A DNA stretch of 64,000 nt, taken from assembly GCF_964213995.1 (NCBI RefSeq), contig NW_027590198.1:186001-250000 (forward strand), given 5' to 3'. Under the pieces are notes generated by a model, which did not search any database, had not been told where the DNA came from, and saw only the letters and a program-made list of their open reading frames with translations. Source of the stretch: Mustelus asterias. Taxonomy: Eukaryota. Both the position numbers and the translations under genes were made by a program. Below are positions 11,310 through 23,630 of the stretch, piece after piece. Each line of letters begins with the position of its first letter. The stretch's first letter is position 1.

Positions 11310-14300
11310 ATGTAGTGACTGCGATCATTGAGTCAAACTCAAGAAAGGACTGACCTCGATGTCCGTTGTGCTCCAAATGTCTCCCGACTGCTACAATGTT
11401 TTCCTTCTCCATGTTTTATGTCTCTGATAAATAATGATGACATTCGCACTTTAGAGAGGAATGATCTAAGATCAGGAAAACATGATATGGAAGCAGTTTG
11501 GTCGAGGTAAAAAATGATAAAGGCAATAAGTCATTTGTGGGCGTGGCCCCCTAAATGCAACTGTATGTAGGGCAGATTAAGAAAGAAGAGATAATGGGCG
11601 CTTGTCAGATTGGTACAGCAATAATCATGGAGCATTTCAATCTACATATAGTTTGGAAAAATTAGCTGGGCAAAAGTACCATTGACGAGGAAATAATAGA
11701 TATTTTTCTGGATAGTTTCATCGAATAAGGCGTTCTGCAGCCAACTGTAAGCAGGCTATATTAGACCTGGAATGGTGCAATGAGATAGTGTCAATTGATA
11801 ATCTTTTGATGAAAGCACTTCTTAGAAGCAGCGATAATAATACGTTTGCTTAGAGAAGAATGCATCCAAGACTATTATTTTAAACTTAAATAAGGGTAAT
11901 TATGAGGGCATGAAAGCGCAGAGTGAGCTGTAAAATGTCCTTAAACGATAGATCAATAGAGGTTCAATGGCAGACATTTGTGTAGATATTTCAGAACACA
12001 AAATAATACATTCCAATCAGAACGAAAAATTGCAATGGAGGTCTATCATCAATGGTTATTTCAAAAAGTTAAAGACATCATTAAGTGAAAGGAAAAATCA
12101 AATTTGTGCAAAGACAAGTAGCACATCAGGAGATCAGAAAGAACATAAAGCACTTAAAATAGTGGCAGAATTATAGAAAAGTAAGGAAACACTGGAGTGC
12201 GAGCGACAGCTAGCTATTAATATCAGTACAAAACGTAAGAATTTATATCGAGTTTAACTAAGGATAGAACACCGTGAGCGTTGGTCCATTAAAAAGAGCA
12301 CCTGGGGAATTGGTAATGGAAAGCTGGGCTATGGCGCATTAATTAAACAGGTATTTACATTGGGCTTCAATATCGTGGACACAAGTAACATCCCATAAAT
12401 AGCTGTAAATAAGAAAATGGAAAGGAGGGACGAATTCGGGAAAATCAGTGTAAGCAGGAAATGGTATGGAGCAAATTGTTGCGTCTGCTGGCTGACAAAT
12501 TCCGGGGTCTGAATGGCTTTCACCGTCAGGTTCTGAAAGAAATGCCTGGTCAGATTGTTGATTCGTTTCAATATCTAAAATTCTCGAGTTTCGGGGAAGT
12601 TTCTGTTGGATTGGATGATCGCAGATGTAATATATTAATTCAAATTGGAAGGTGGACAGAAGGCGGGAAACCGTGGGGCAGCAAGTATTACATGCGTCAC
12701 GGGGAAAATGCTAGCAGAGATTATTGAAGACGTTATAGCAGGGCACAATTCAAGGCAATCCAGCAGGGTCAACATGGTTTTGTGAAAAGGACATCATGCT
12801 TAACACATTTATTAAAGTTTGTTGAAGGAGTCACATATTCTGTCGTTGAAGGCGTAAACTGTACTTAGATTTCCCAAAGGCATTGGATGAGGGGTGACGT
12901 CGATGATTATTGCATAAATTAATAGCTCATGATGTAAGGGGTTACATACTGGCATGGATGCAAGATTGGCTATTAAACCAGAAACACTGATTTAGCATAA
13001 GTGAGTCTTTCTCAAGGTACAGGATGTGACGAATGGTGTGCCACAGACTTCAATGTTGGGGAATGAACTTTTTACAATTGATGTAAATGACTTGGATGAA
13101 GACAGTGAATATATCGATGCTAAATTTACTAAGAACACAAATATAAATCAGAAAGTAAACTGTGAAGAGAACGTAAGGAGGCTATAAAGTGACATAAATA
13201 GGTTAAGTGAGTGAACAAAGCTCTGGCAAGTGGTGTATTATGTGGGCCAATGCGGACTTGACCATTTTTGCAAGAAGAATATAAAATAAGCTTACTATCT
13301 AAATGGTGAGAGATTGCAGAGCTCTGAGGTACAGAGGGTTCTGGCAGCCCTGGTGCATGAAACACAAGGAGCTAATATATCGGTACAGCAATTAAGAAGA
13401 AAAGGTCGAAGAATATTATCAACGTGATTTGAACGGGTGGAGAATGTGTGCATATGCATGGCAGATGTAGTTTGTTGCGGATAAGTGTGAGGTTACCCAC
13501 TTTGGCAGCAATGATAGGAAGGCATGTTATTACTTGAATGGGTCTAAATTGGGAGAGGTGGATACACAGTGAGACCTTCGAATCCTCGTGCATCAGTCGC
13601 TGAAAGTTAGCTTGCAGGCACAGCAGGCAGCAAAGAAGGCAAATGGTATTTGGGCCTTCATAACGAGAGGATTTGAGCAGAAGGATAGGGATGATTTGCT
13701 GCAATTCTGTAGGGCGTCGGTGAGGCCACCCCTGGTATATTGTGTGCAGTGTTGGTGTCCTTATCTGAGGTAGGATATCTTTGCTATAGACGGAGTACAC
13801 CGAAGGTTTACAAGGCTGATTCCTGAGATGGCAGGTCTGTCATTTGAGTAGAGAAAAATTGGATAGGATTATATTCATTGGAGTTCAGAAGAGCGAGAGG
13901 GTATTACATAGAAACTCTTAAATTCTAACAGGATTTACAGGGTAGGTTGAGAAAGAATGTTCCCGATGTTGTTAAGGGTAAGATCCTGGCATGGATAGAG
14001 GATTGGCTGACTGGCAGAAGGCAGAGAGTGGGGGTAAAGTGGTCTTTTTTCAGGATGGCAGCCGGTGACTCGTGGTGTGCCTCAGGAGTCGGTGCTGGGA
14101 CCACAATATAAATTAACGATTTGGAAGAATGAGCTGAAGGCACTGTTGCTAAGTTTGCAGTTGATACAGAGAAAGGTGGAAGGACAGGTACTATTGAGGA
14201 ACAAGGGGAGCTGCAGAAGGACTTGGACAGGTTAGGAGAGTGGGCAAACAAGTGGCAGATGGAATACAATGTGGAAAAGTGTGAGGTTATGCACTTTGGA

Positions 14301-15720
14301 AGGAGGAATGGAGTCATTGGTTATTTTCTAAATGGGAACATGCTTAGAAAATGAGAAACACGAAGGGACATGGGCATCATTGTTCAAGATTCTCTTGAGG
14401 CTAACCTGCAGGTTCAGTCGGCAGTTAGGAAGGCAAGTGCAATGTTTGCATTAATGCCAAGGGGGCTAACATACACGAGCAGGGATGTACTTCTGAGGCT
14501 GTATAAGGCTATGGTCAGACCCCATTTGGAGTATTGTGTGCAGCTTTCTGCCCCATATCGAAGGAAGGATGTGCTGGGCTTGGAAAGGGTCCAGAGGATA
14601 TACACAAGAATAATCCCTGGACTGAAGCGCTTGTCCTATGAGGAACGGTTGAGGACTCTGGGTCTCTACTCTTTGGAGTTTAGAAACATGAGGGGGCGGG
14701 GCGGGGGGGGGGTTCTTATTGAAACGTACAGGATACTGCGATGCCTGGACAGAGTGACCATAGAGAGGATGTTCCCAATAGTAGGAACAACTAGAACCAG
14801 AGGGCACAACCTCAGACTAAAGGGCCGATTCTTTAAAGCAGGGAAGAGAGCGAATTTCTTCAGCCAGAGAGTGGTGAATCTGTGGAATGCTTTGCCGCAG
14901 AAGGCTGTGGAGGCCAGGTCATTGAATGTCTTTGAGATAGAGATAGATATGTTCTTGATTAGTAAGGAGATTAGGGTTTATGGGGAAAAGGCAGGAGAAT
15001 GGGGATGAGGAAAAAAACCCAACCATGATTGAATGGCGGAGCAGACCCCATGGGGCAAGTCGTCTAATTCTGCTCCTCTGTCTTATGGTCTTACGATCTT
15101 ATGCTGGGGAACTCCAGAAATAGGAGTCATAGTTTGAGGATAAGGGGTAAACCTTTAAGAACTGAATAGAGGACACATTTCTTCACCCAAAGGTGGTGAA
15201 TGTGTGGAATTCATTACCACAGACAGTAGTTGAGGCCAAAAAGTTGTCAGATTTTAAGAGGAAATTAGGAATAGCTTTTGGGGCTAAAGAGATCAAGGGA
15301 TATGGGGGGAAGAGGGGATCAGGATATTTAATTCGATGATCAGCCATGATCAAAATGATTGGCGGTGCAGACTCGAAGGGCCGAATTACCAACTCCTCCT
15401 TCTAGTTTCTATGTTTCTGTACGTTTCTATGTGTTGCAAAGAAAGATGGATATGCTCCACTTGTACAGGGCATGGGTGAGGCCTCATCTGGAGGATTGTG
15501 TACAGTACTTGTCTTCTTATCTTAAGAAAAAATGTTAATGCATTGGAAAGCAATCAGAGCAGGTTTACTAAATGGTTACCAGGTGTCAGCGGGTTATGTT
15601 ATGAGGAAAGGATTGTGATGTTAAGTTTGTATCCACTCGAGTTTAGAAAAGTAACAGGCAACTTCATTGAAACCTTTAAGACTCTAAGGGGCATTAACAG
15701 GTTGGATGTGGTGTGGATGC
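11310..15720 (+). mobile_element. Nest of old CR1 LINE fragments
   Basis: Degenerate endonuclease/RT remnants; ORF 14370-15008 RPHLEYCVQ...; several separate 3' tails (about 15100 and 15430). Confidence 0.88.
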
Positions 15721-16027
15721 TGCTTTTTTCGAGTTTTGTAGCTGTGCTGGATATTTCTGGGTCTCTATATTCCTCGGTTTGTATATATCTGGGCTCTTGG
15801 TTATGTCTCTGTTCCCAATACGGTTGTACTATCCACGGGAGGGCGCTCTTTGATCACTGAGCAAACATTATGGCCTCGTTCTACAGAAAGTGACTATTTG
15901 CAGATATGAAAATCTACGGCGAAAAGAAATCCTAACCTATCGCATTACATCTTCTTGGCTCTTTCAATTTTCAGGTCCGGTACAGACAGAGATTGTTGTT
16001 TCTGCTTCTGGATTTTAGCCTGGAGCC

Positions 16028-16789
16028 ACGGTGGTCAAAATATTCCTGACTTTGGTTTTTATCCTGAACACAGGTCAGTGAAACTGCAATCTTCTTAGAA
16101 TATATTGCGATTCCTGTGCAGTTTCCTTTTCCCCTCTCTGGGTGATTAAACTCTTCCTCTTACTCCTCACGTACTGTGCGCCCGCTGCTTATTTTCAAAG
16201 ATGAGTAACGGTGACTCAGTGTCCCAGTCAGAACCAGGAGTTGAAGCAGCAGAGGGTGAAGATTCAGCAACACCCTGCAGTTACTCTGTACCGAGTTCAG
16301 CTAGAGAATATGGCCTGTTCTGGTATCACCAGTATCCACAACAAGCTCCTCAGTATCTGCTCAGAGCCGATAGTTATGGGTATAAGAAGACAGCTCCCGG
16401 CTTCGAAAGGTTCAGCGTGAATCACAACCAGAAACGAAGTACTTTTCACTTGTCCATGAAGTATTTGAAGGTGATGTGGAGATGCCGGCGTTGGATTGGG
16501 GTAAGCACAGTAAGAAGTCTCACAACAACAGGTTAAAGTCCAACAGATTTACTTGGCAGCACTAACTTTCGGAGTCTCAGGCTCCTTCATCGGATGAGTG
16601 AGTGAGTGAGTCATACACCTGATGAAGGTGCCTGAGACTTCGAAATCTAGTGCTGCCAATAAACCTGTTGGACTTTAACCTGGTGTTGTGAGACTTCTTA
16701 CTGTATTTGAAGGTGACAGACAGCGCCGTGTATTACTGTGCACTGAGGCCCACAGTGAATGAGGCTCCCGCGGGCCTCATACCCAAACC
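16028..16789 (+). pseudogene. TCR alpha/delta-type V pseudogene (V1) with 23-RSS
   Basis: Leader 16028-16073 starts ACG and has a gtcagt donor; the acceptor appears mutated (caa). V exon GDSVSQ...C...LFWYHQYPQQAPQYLL...KV[insertion]TDSAVYYCALRP. RSS CACAGTG (16751)-23-ACCCAAACC (16781). Confidence 0.92.
16475..16702. mobile_element. Palindromic Penelope pLTR-derived insertion in V1 FR3
   Basis: 14-bp TSD gtatttgaaggtga (16461-16474 / 16703-16716); inverted arms of about 90 bp around a (gagt)n loop; hammerhead cores in the arms. Confidence 0.85.
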
Positions 16790-17240
16790 GGGATAGGTCG
16801 GCAACCAAGTGTTCGGTGTCAGGAAAACATATGGGTTTGAATTTCATAGAAAAGGTACAGACAATGAACGCTGCATTGAGCCGCAAGTGAGTGGTTTTCC
16901 CTCGGTGAGATCAATGATTATCACTGCTGGGAACTCTGACATTTGGCACTCAGATTAATCCTGGATCAAATCCAATCATTTCCTGATCCCATTCACACAA
17001 CTCTCAGATCTCCCGAGCAAACAAGTTAATCTATTTGTACATTTAAACTTTTTGCATCATGTGACTCTCTGTCAGGGAACACGGTTTAAAAGTGACACAA
17101 TATCAAAGGCACACTCAGAGTTGTCACAGACTTTCTGGGTTAAAATAGTGACTGACTGAAATTAGTACTTTAACGGTCCAAGAGCGTCCCACAAGAACTG
17201 CATCTCGATATGGAGATGGGTGATTACTTTTCCAGCTGTA

Positions 17241-17467
17241 AGTAAAAGAGCCTCACAACACCAGGTTAAAGTCCAACAGGTTCATTTGATAGCACGAGGT
17301 TTCAGAGCGCCGCTCCTTCATCATCGTTCATTAGAGGCACTCACCTGATGAAAGATCGGCGCTCTGAGAGCTCGTGCTACCAAATAAACCTGTTGGACTT
17401 TAACCTGGTGTTTCTGAGACTACTTACTTTGCCTACCCCAGTCCAACGCCGGCATCTCCACATCATA
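17241..17467. mobile_element. Second palindromic Penelope pLTR element
   Basis: Same inverted arms (cacaacaccaggttaaagtccaacagg / cctgttggactttaacctggtg), overall orientation opposite to the copy in V1. Confidence 0.82.
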
Positions 17468-17992
17468 ACGAAAACAGCAACTATGAATGTTCATGCTCCC
17501 TCATTATGCCTGCGCAATAGACTGGTTTAGAATTATTTATTTAACCTTGCACCTTTATTACAGAAAATGATCACCCTCAGGAACAGTATAGACATCCAGT
17601 TCGAAGGAAAGCGAGTTAAACCGAGTTAGAAACAGAATGAGTGATTTGTTGTACCTTTTAGTACTTTATTCCGAATCAAGAAAACCAATAAAGTCCAATC
17701 AGAGTGACCACATGAGGGACAAACCAGATCCAAGCTGACAAGAAAATAATACAAAGCTCATCTTGGGCTTGATCAGAGAAGATTCAAACTGACGGGATGA
17801 GGCATTGCACTCCCTCCCGGGCTTGATCTGAGCTGCATCGTCCCCAAAAGGCCGACGTGGCTTAAAAAAATTGCAGCTGACGCTAGCCTGACCGCTTACA
17901 CTTGATATTAGCCAAAAGGCCGAGAGTGAACGAGTGCTGTGAGACAGAGCAACAGAGAGGGACCCCCAGACAGATACAACGGGGAGGACAGT

Positions 17993-18049
17993 GATTGGAG
18001 CGTGTCAGCTGTATTAACCTTAACGGTGATTGGTCCAGAGCTGACGTCA
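17993..18049 (+). promoter_or_regulatory. V2 promoter: inverted CCAAT boxes and perfect CRE
   Basis: attgg at about 17993 and 18029; TGACGTCA at 18042-18049, about 155 bp before the leader ATG. Confidence 0.6.
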
Positions 18050-18202
18050 TCTCAGGGAGACAGGCAAATTGCAGCACTGAGAAACACCCCCCACTTTCCC
18101 AATAATTGAAGCTGCCTGTGATTTGAGTTTACCCTGTGATAAGAGACGAGAAGCAGCAATATATTTTAAACAGTGTCACTGTTTACTGTCCAATCAGGAA
18201 CC

Positions 18203-18608
18203 ATGTGTTCCCTGTGTGCTTTACTGATAATAATGGTCATGCTGCGCGGTGAGTCTGAGCTCAAATCCCCAGTGTGTGTTTCATCGGTTATATTCACTCA
18301 GATTTCTCACACATTCTTTGTGTTGTTACAGGAACCAGTGGCCAAGATTCCGTTTCCCAGGAGCGCCTGAATTAACGGTTCAGAAAGGACAGACGGTAAT
18401 TTTGAACTGCAATCGCACAACAAAAGGCTCTATCCCGACTCTCTTCTGGTACATGCAGTATCCCGGGGAATCGCCGAGATACTTATTGGAGATACATAGC
18501 ACGGGGGACGGGGAAAAGTCTTCAGATTTCTCCCAACGGTTTTCTGCTGATTTGTACCAAGACAAGAAAACAGTTCCTTTAAATATCACCGGGGTCCGAC
18601 TCTCTGAT
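18203..18608 (+). pseudogene. TCR V pseudogene (V2), frameshifted and 3'-truncated
   Basis: Leader MCSLCALLIIMVMLR 18203-18248 with gtgagt donor. Exon from 18332: GTSGQDSVSQE[fs]PELTVQKGQTVILNC...LFWYMQYPGESPRYLL...LNITGVRLSD, then no YYC and no RSS. Confidence 0.9.
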
Positions 18609-19918
18609 TTAAAATAAATCCAAGTTATTAACAACCTGAAAGAAACAGATGCAGCAGCGGAGAAGTTTTCCCCTGTGCCATGTACATCAAACACATTCGA
18701 ACATAACGCAAAGATGTGTCTGCAGAATATATACCACGCCGTAAATTGAAGAAATTATGAGGGAAATGCTGAGAAAATAATATTTGATATTGTGTTGCAG
18801 GCGTTAAAGGAAGTACAGAGCATAGGCAAATGCAGCAACTGGTGAATATCTCTGAGGGAAGTGCATGACCGACGTATTTGTCTGAGCATAAAGACTTATC
18901 CAACGATTCGGATTTCCCAAAGCTTTTCCTGTGATTACAGCAAGCTTTCAAAAATTTTCTTTCCGGGATGTGGGCGCCGCTGGCTCGGCCGGTATTTTTT
19001 TACGCATCCCTAGCTGTGCTTCGCAAACTTTCCGACGCTCTTCTCAATTAGGGCTTTACATTCAGCCGATTTCCTTACCAACAGTTCTAGTGCCGAGAAC
19101 ACACCAACCTGCCCTTAAAGATCATTTATTTCTTAACGTTGGATCTATTCTCTCCCCACAGATGCTGTCAGACCTGCTGAGATTTTCCAGCATTTTCTGT
19201 TTTTGATTTCTAATCATGCACTGAAAATGTAGGAGAAATTTCTTCATCCAGAGATGGTGCATCTATAGAATTCATTAACACAGAAAGTAGTTGTGGCAAA
19301 AACATTGTGTCATTTCAAGAAGAAACTAAATATAGCTTTTGGAGTTAAGAGATATGGGGGAAGGCTGTATCAGGGTATTGAATTTGGTGATCAGCCATGA
19401 TCAAAATGAATGGCAGAACAGACTGACCTACTCCTGCTTCACGTTTCCACGTTTCTGTAAACTTTTGTACATTTTATGTTAAGAATTCTTAGTTTTAAGA
19501 TGTGTTTAATATATAATATTTAATGATACTGGAAAAATGAGAGATATTTGATCTGCCTCAGCTGCCAGCTTCAGTTTACACAATTGACAGATATTTCAAA
19601 CCTTAAATTATTTATTCCTTTGCTCTGAGTTTTTTTTCTGAAACATCAGAAAAGTGATATAACTCGTTCCAGGCGACTCCACATATTCTATTCTCAATGT
19701 GAATGGCGAGTGACCAGCGATCCGCAAATAAACAGCAGCCTCGCTCAATGAATGTAATAATCAGACAGTATTTGTTTTCGATGTGAACGGTTTTGATGGT
19801 GTTTGTATGGATTGCACTCAGTGTCTGAGGTCACAGGAGTGTATTGACTTGTCAGTGTGTAACCCGCTGTTGGAAACAGCTCTCAACAGACAACAGCTGT
19901 GACCTAGAAACCTGTGGC

Positions 19919-19957
19919 AGTTTTTGTACGAGGATTACACTCGGTCCCATCATTGTG
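19919..19957 (-). other. 23-RSS of V3
   Basis: CACAATG, 23-nt spacer, ACAAAAACT. Confidence 0.92.
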
Positions 19958-20261
19958 AGACTCACTGCACAGTAATAGATCGCGGTGTCAGACAGCAGCA
20001 GCTCCGAGATGGTCAATTGGTACAACTTATCCGACTGCTGGACTATATCAGAATACCAGGTCTGAGCGAAATCCGCCTTCCATTCAGCACCGCCGTACAC
20101 GTCCCTCCGGACCGCAAACTTGGGATGTCTGCCTGGATATTGACGGTACCAGAACAAATAATAAGCATCGTCGGTATAGGTGCAGCTTAAAGTGACATCT
20201 TCTCCCTCTGTTCGAGTGAGTGCGGATTCCTGCTGAGAAACAGAATCTCCACCGCTCAGAT
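19958..20261 (-). CDS. TCR alpha/delta-type V exon (V3), open frame; leader not identified
   Basis: ttccag acceptor. DLSGGDSVSQQESALTRTEGEDVTLSCTYTDDAYYLFWYRQYPGRHPKF...LTISELLLSDTAIYYCAVS with both Cys and the Trp intact. Confidence 0.88.
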
Positions 20262-21374
20262 CTGGAACACAGAGATGAAAAAAAAATATTGATTGAAAGT
20301 TCAATTGAACCGAGGGTGAAAAATCAGAGTTTAACATAAAAATTAGTATTAAATTCTACCACATTCGCTCGAACTTATCTCTGTCCCCGTTTACAATCCC
20401 CAGGAGAATCCTCCCTCTCCCCTCAAGTCAAATGCCCCGTCCCTTTCCCTTTCAGTGGTTTCTCTAGTTTGCCTCAAATGCATCTTTTCTCGTCTCCTCA
20501 ACTGTTCATTATGTCAATGTCAGTCAACTTCCACAGAACTCTTTCTAAAGAACTTTCCCTGTAATTTCCAGTTGATCTTTTTGTTTCACTTATATTTATG
20601 GGACATAGATTTGGAATGCTTCCCAAATGGAATCATCCTCTGCCTGTCCACTACACTACACCTCTTTGATTTGATTTATTATTATTTGATTTGATTTGAT
20701 CATCACTGACTGAAGTCAGTCAGGTTTCCCGTTAGTCTTCTCGTCAGGAGTGAAATTAATCATAATCCTGATATTGTTTTCTAATAGCTCTCACAAAGTA
20801 AAAGTAAACCCTGGTACAATCTCTCTAAATTGCCTTTACAGTGAGCTTTTAGAATCTATTCTCCAAATAACAAGGCCACTCACAAACATGCATTTGGGCT
20901 CTAAGGCAGGTCTAATATTTGTTTGAGATGAATATCCTGCTTTTCAAACTTAATCCTCTATAAATTACATTCCTTTTTACTCCCTTTTAAAGATTGAAAT
21001 TTCTTACCAACAATGAATGTCACCCAGAAAACAGCGCGAACGGAGATCCACATTGTTGCTGCTCCTGGATTCCAGGGACTTGTGTCTCCGAAACCTACAG
21101 AATATCGAATAAGATAAAGCTGAGAGCATTGGATGAGGCTAGTCTGACCTCACATCCTGCAGAACCAATGGTAAGAAGAGCTGAGATCACTGGATCGAGA
21201 ATAAAGAGTTGATTGGATACCACCATCTGCCAATTGATTTATTCCTGACAGACTCATCAGGCGGTATCCAGTCATCCCATCGGCTCTGTTCTACATAGAG
21301 ATTACTGCCTTCTTCAACCCGTGTCAAACCATTCGCGTGGAAGGTATCTGACTGTTGCTGGAAATACTCTCTGA

Positions 21375-21907
21375 GGCTTTTGTACGGTGTTTTAGCAGTA
21401 ATCTAACCCTTGTGCCTCACGGCACAGTAACAGTCCGCCCTGTCCTCCACATTGAAGGCGCTTATATTCAGGTCACCGTTCTGTTTAGACTCGTCAACAG
21501 CCGCCAGATATCGTCCTGAAACTTCATCTTCCCTCAGCATTGCTAATAATCCATCTCAGTGGCTGTGCCGGTTTCTGTTGGTACCATTGCATGCTGTAAA
21601 TATGTTTGTCTTTACATTTACAATGTAACTGCACCAAACCCCCTTCTGATGCCGTTATTGTCACCAGTGACTGAGTTGCTGGATCTGCACACAGTCCGTC
21701 TTTGAAGGTAGAGGAATGAAATATCAAGAGATAATTTAAAATTCCCTGTACCTGTGATAGTTTGTGGTGTCTCCCATATACGCCTCATATGGATATGTCT
21801 GGTGGTTAATCATATCACCATCCGTGCGTATTAATATATTTATCTGGCTTGATGAACATTTCCCAGTACTTTCTGTGAAAGAGCGCCGCCACTGTGATCA
21901 GATACAT
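21375..21907 (-). pseudogene. TCR V pseudogene (V4)
   Basis: Leader MYLITVAALFH 21907-21874 with a mutated donor (gaaagt). Exon 21699-21415 GLCADPATQS...VQLHC...MQWYQQKPAQPL[fs]...EDRADCYCAVR. RSS CACAAGG-24-ACAAAAGCC. Confidence 0.9.
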
Positions 21908-22153
21908 GCCGAGTGAATCTCACTCAGTGAATGGGAACGGAATGCGTCAGAGATTGAAAAGGAGAGAGGGAACTCAGCCTCTGTTCAAATGATTGCAGTG
22001 AGTGTGTGTGAGAGTGTCTGTGTGCGTGGGCTAGTTTGCGTGTGTGTGTGTGTGTGTTGGGGAGAGGGGTCTACTGTGACCTCACAAGTCTACCATCCAT
22101 ACAATTTTCAGTGATAATATCACGTGAGTTTCTGGCGCCCAGGCTAGAATGTG

Positions 22154-22167
22154 GCGCCCTCTGATGG
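22154..22167 (-). promoter_or_regulatory. CTCF-like motif, V4-proximal
   Basis: CCATCAGAGGGCGC; paralogous CCAGTAGAGGGTGC at 59961-59974 (+). Confidence 0.62.
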
Positions 22168-22807
22168 CGGGTTCTGCACGCTGGAATTTGGCTGTTGACT
22201 GGATTCTTTACTGCAATACATACCAAGACACACATGCTGCCTAAAAATCTAAATTGGGCCCCTTTAGACACTGTTTTTGTTTCTGTTGATATTTATTTGG
22301 GGAAATTATGCTAAATCTTTGAAAATCATGGCTGGAGTTCGCTGTTCAAATCTTGTGTACGACGAAATCGGAAGTGCGCCCATACTTTGGAGTAATTGTG
22401 GCGGTTGCAAATCAGAATTGTGTCAGGGATTTGCACAATTTGGTTTCTTTTGCTTATGACTAAGAATGTACAAAAAGCGACTTAATTGACGTGTTCAGAA
22501 TTTTGCCCTTTTCAGAGAGTAAAATATAGCATTATAGGTCCATTTAAAGTCACCTCTTCTTCCGTTTTAACTGCTGCGGACAACGGCTAAGTGACCGAAT
22601 CTCCATGAGCAAATCTGGAAAAGGTTGCTTTTTCGAGAAGAGATGGACTCTGAAAAATGATTCTCCACCCCAGGTGCAGTCTCAAATTTGAAAAACGTAA
22701 TAAACAAAAACGCGGTAGAATTTATGGTCGGAAATTGTTGAACACAAACATGAGTCCTGAAGACTCACAGGTGGGAGAAAGCTTCACTTAGTAGTTCCAT
22801 GTCTTTG

Positions 22808-22821
22808 CCACCAGAGGGCAG
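22808..22821 (+). promoter_or_regulatory. CTCF-like motif, V4-distal
   Basis: CCACCAGAGGGCAG; paralogous CCCCCAGAGGGCAG at 57160-57173 (-). Confidence 0.65.
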
Positions 22822-23253
22822 GACGATACCGTGTTTTGTTCAGTGTCGGGGCTGATTGCAGCCTCACCACAGTGGCCAGTAACAATATTGAGAAAATGTA
22901 ATTAAAAGAACAAATGTCGTAACAGAAATATTTTAGCATTGATAGCAAACGTATAATGTTTCACGAGATATATTTTGAGTTTTAAAGTTGCTATTACTGT
23001 TGGTATCCTGCAAATATTCTTCGTTCAGCTTGGCACTCGGCATTTTTGGGTAGTACATCGGGTAATATGTGTCCCTTCTACACCAAAGCGCCCAGTTCCA
23101 AACAGTCGAGTTAGCAATATTGGGCGGATATTTTGCTGGAGCTTTCTAGTGATATGGTGAGTAATTTCAACAATTTCAGCTTTCGCCAGAGATGTCTAAA
23201 CTGCTTTGCGAAAGAGGAATTAATTATATTTTGGTTACGCTTGATTTTGTGCA

Positions 23254-23344
23254 GGCTCGGTGGTCGAGAGGCATGATTATTACTTCGGGTATTTTAGTCG
23301 ATGAGACGTGCGTGAGGTCCCGGGTTCAAATTTCAAACGAGCCC
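23254..23344 (+). tRNA. tRNA-Pro(CGG) pseudogene with a 19-nt intron-like insert
   Basis: GGCTCGGTGGTCGAGAGGCATGATT...CTT CGG G [23290-23308] TGCGTGAGGTCCCGGGTTCAAAT...ACGAGCCC; several stem mismatches. Confidence 0.8.
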
Positions 23345-23630
23345 TTTAATTGTCTCCTTTTGACCAAGTAAAATAATGTGATTGTTTATGGCGCAAACGG
23401 CGGGATTACTTTCTGCTGGCCAGCTCCGAAAAAGGATCATAGAGGCACAACGTTTTACAGCACGGAAAGAGGCCCTTCGGCCCATCGTGTCCGCGCTGGC
23501 CAGCTGTCATCTGGACTGAAAGCTTTAGCTCTGTTTCTGTCTCCTCAGATATGCCAGAACTACTGGCATAACCCAGCATTTTCTGTTTTTAATTCAGATT
23601 TACAGAGTCCGCAGTATGCTGCATTATCTT

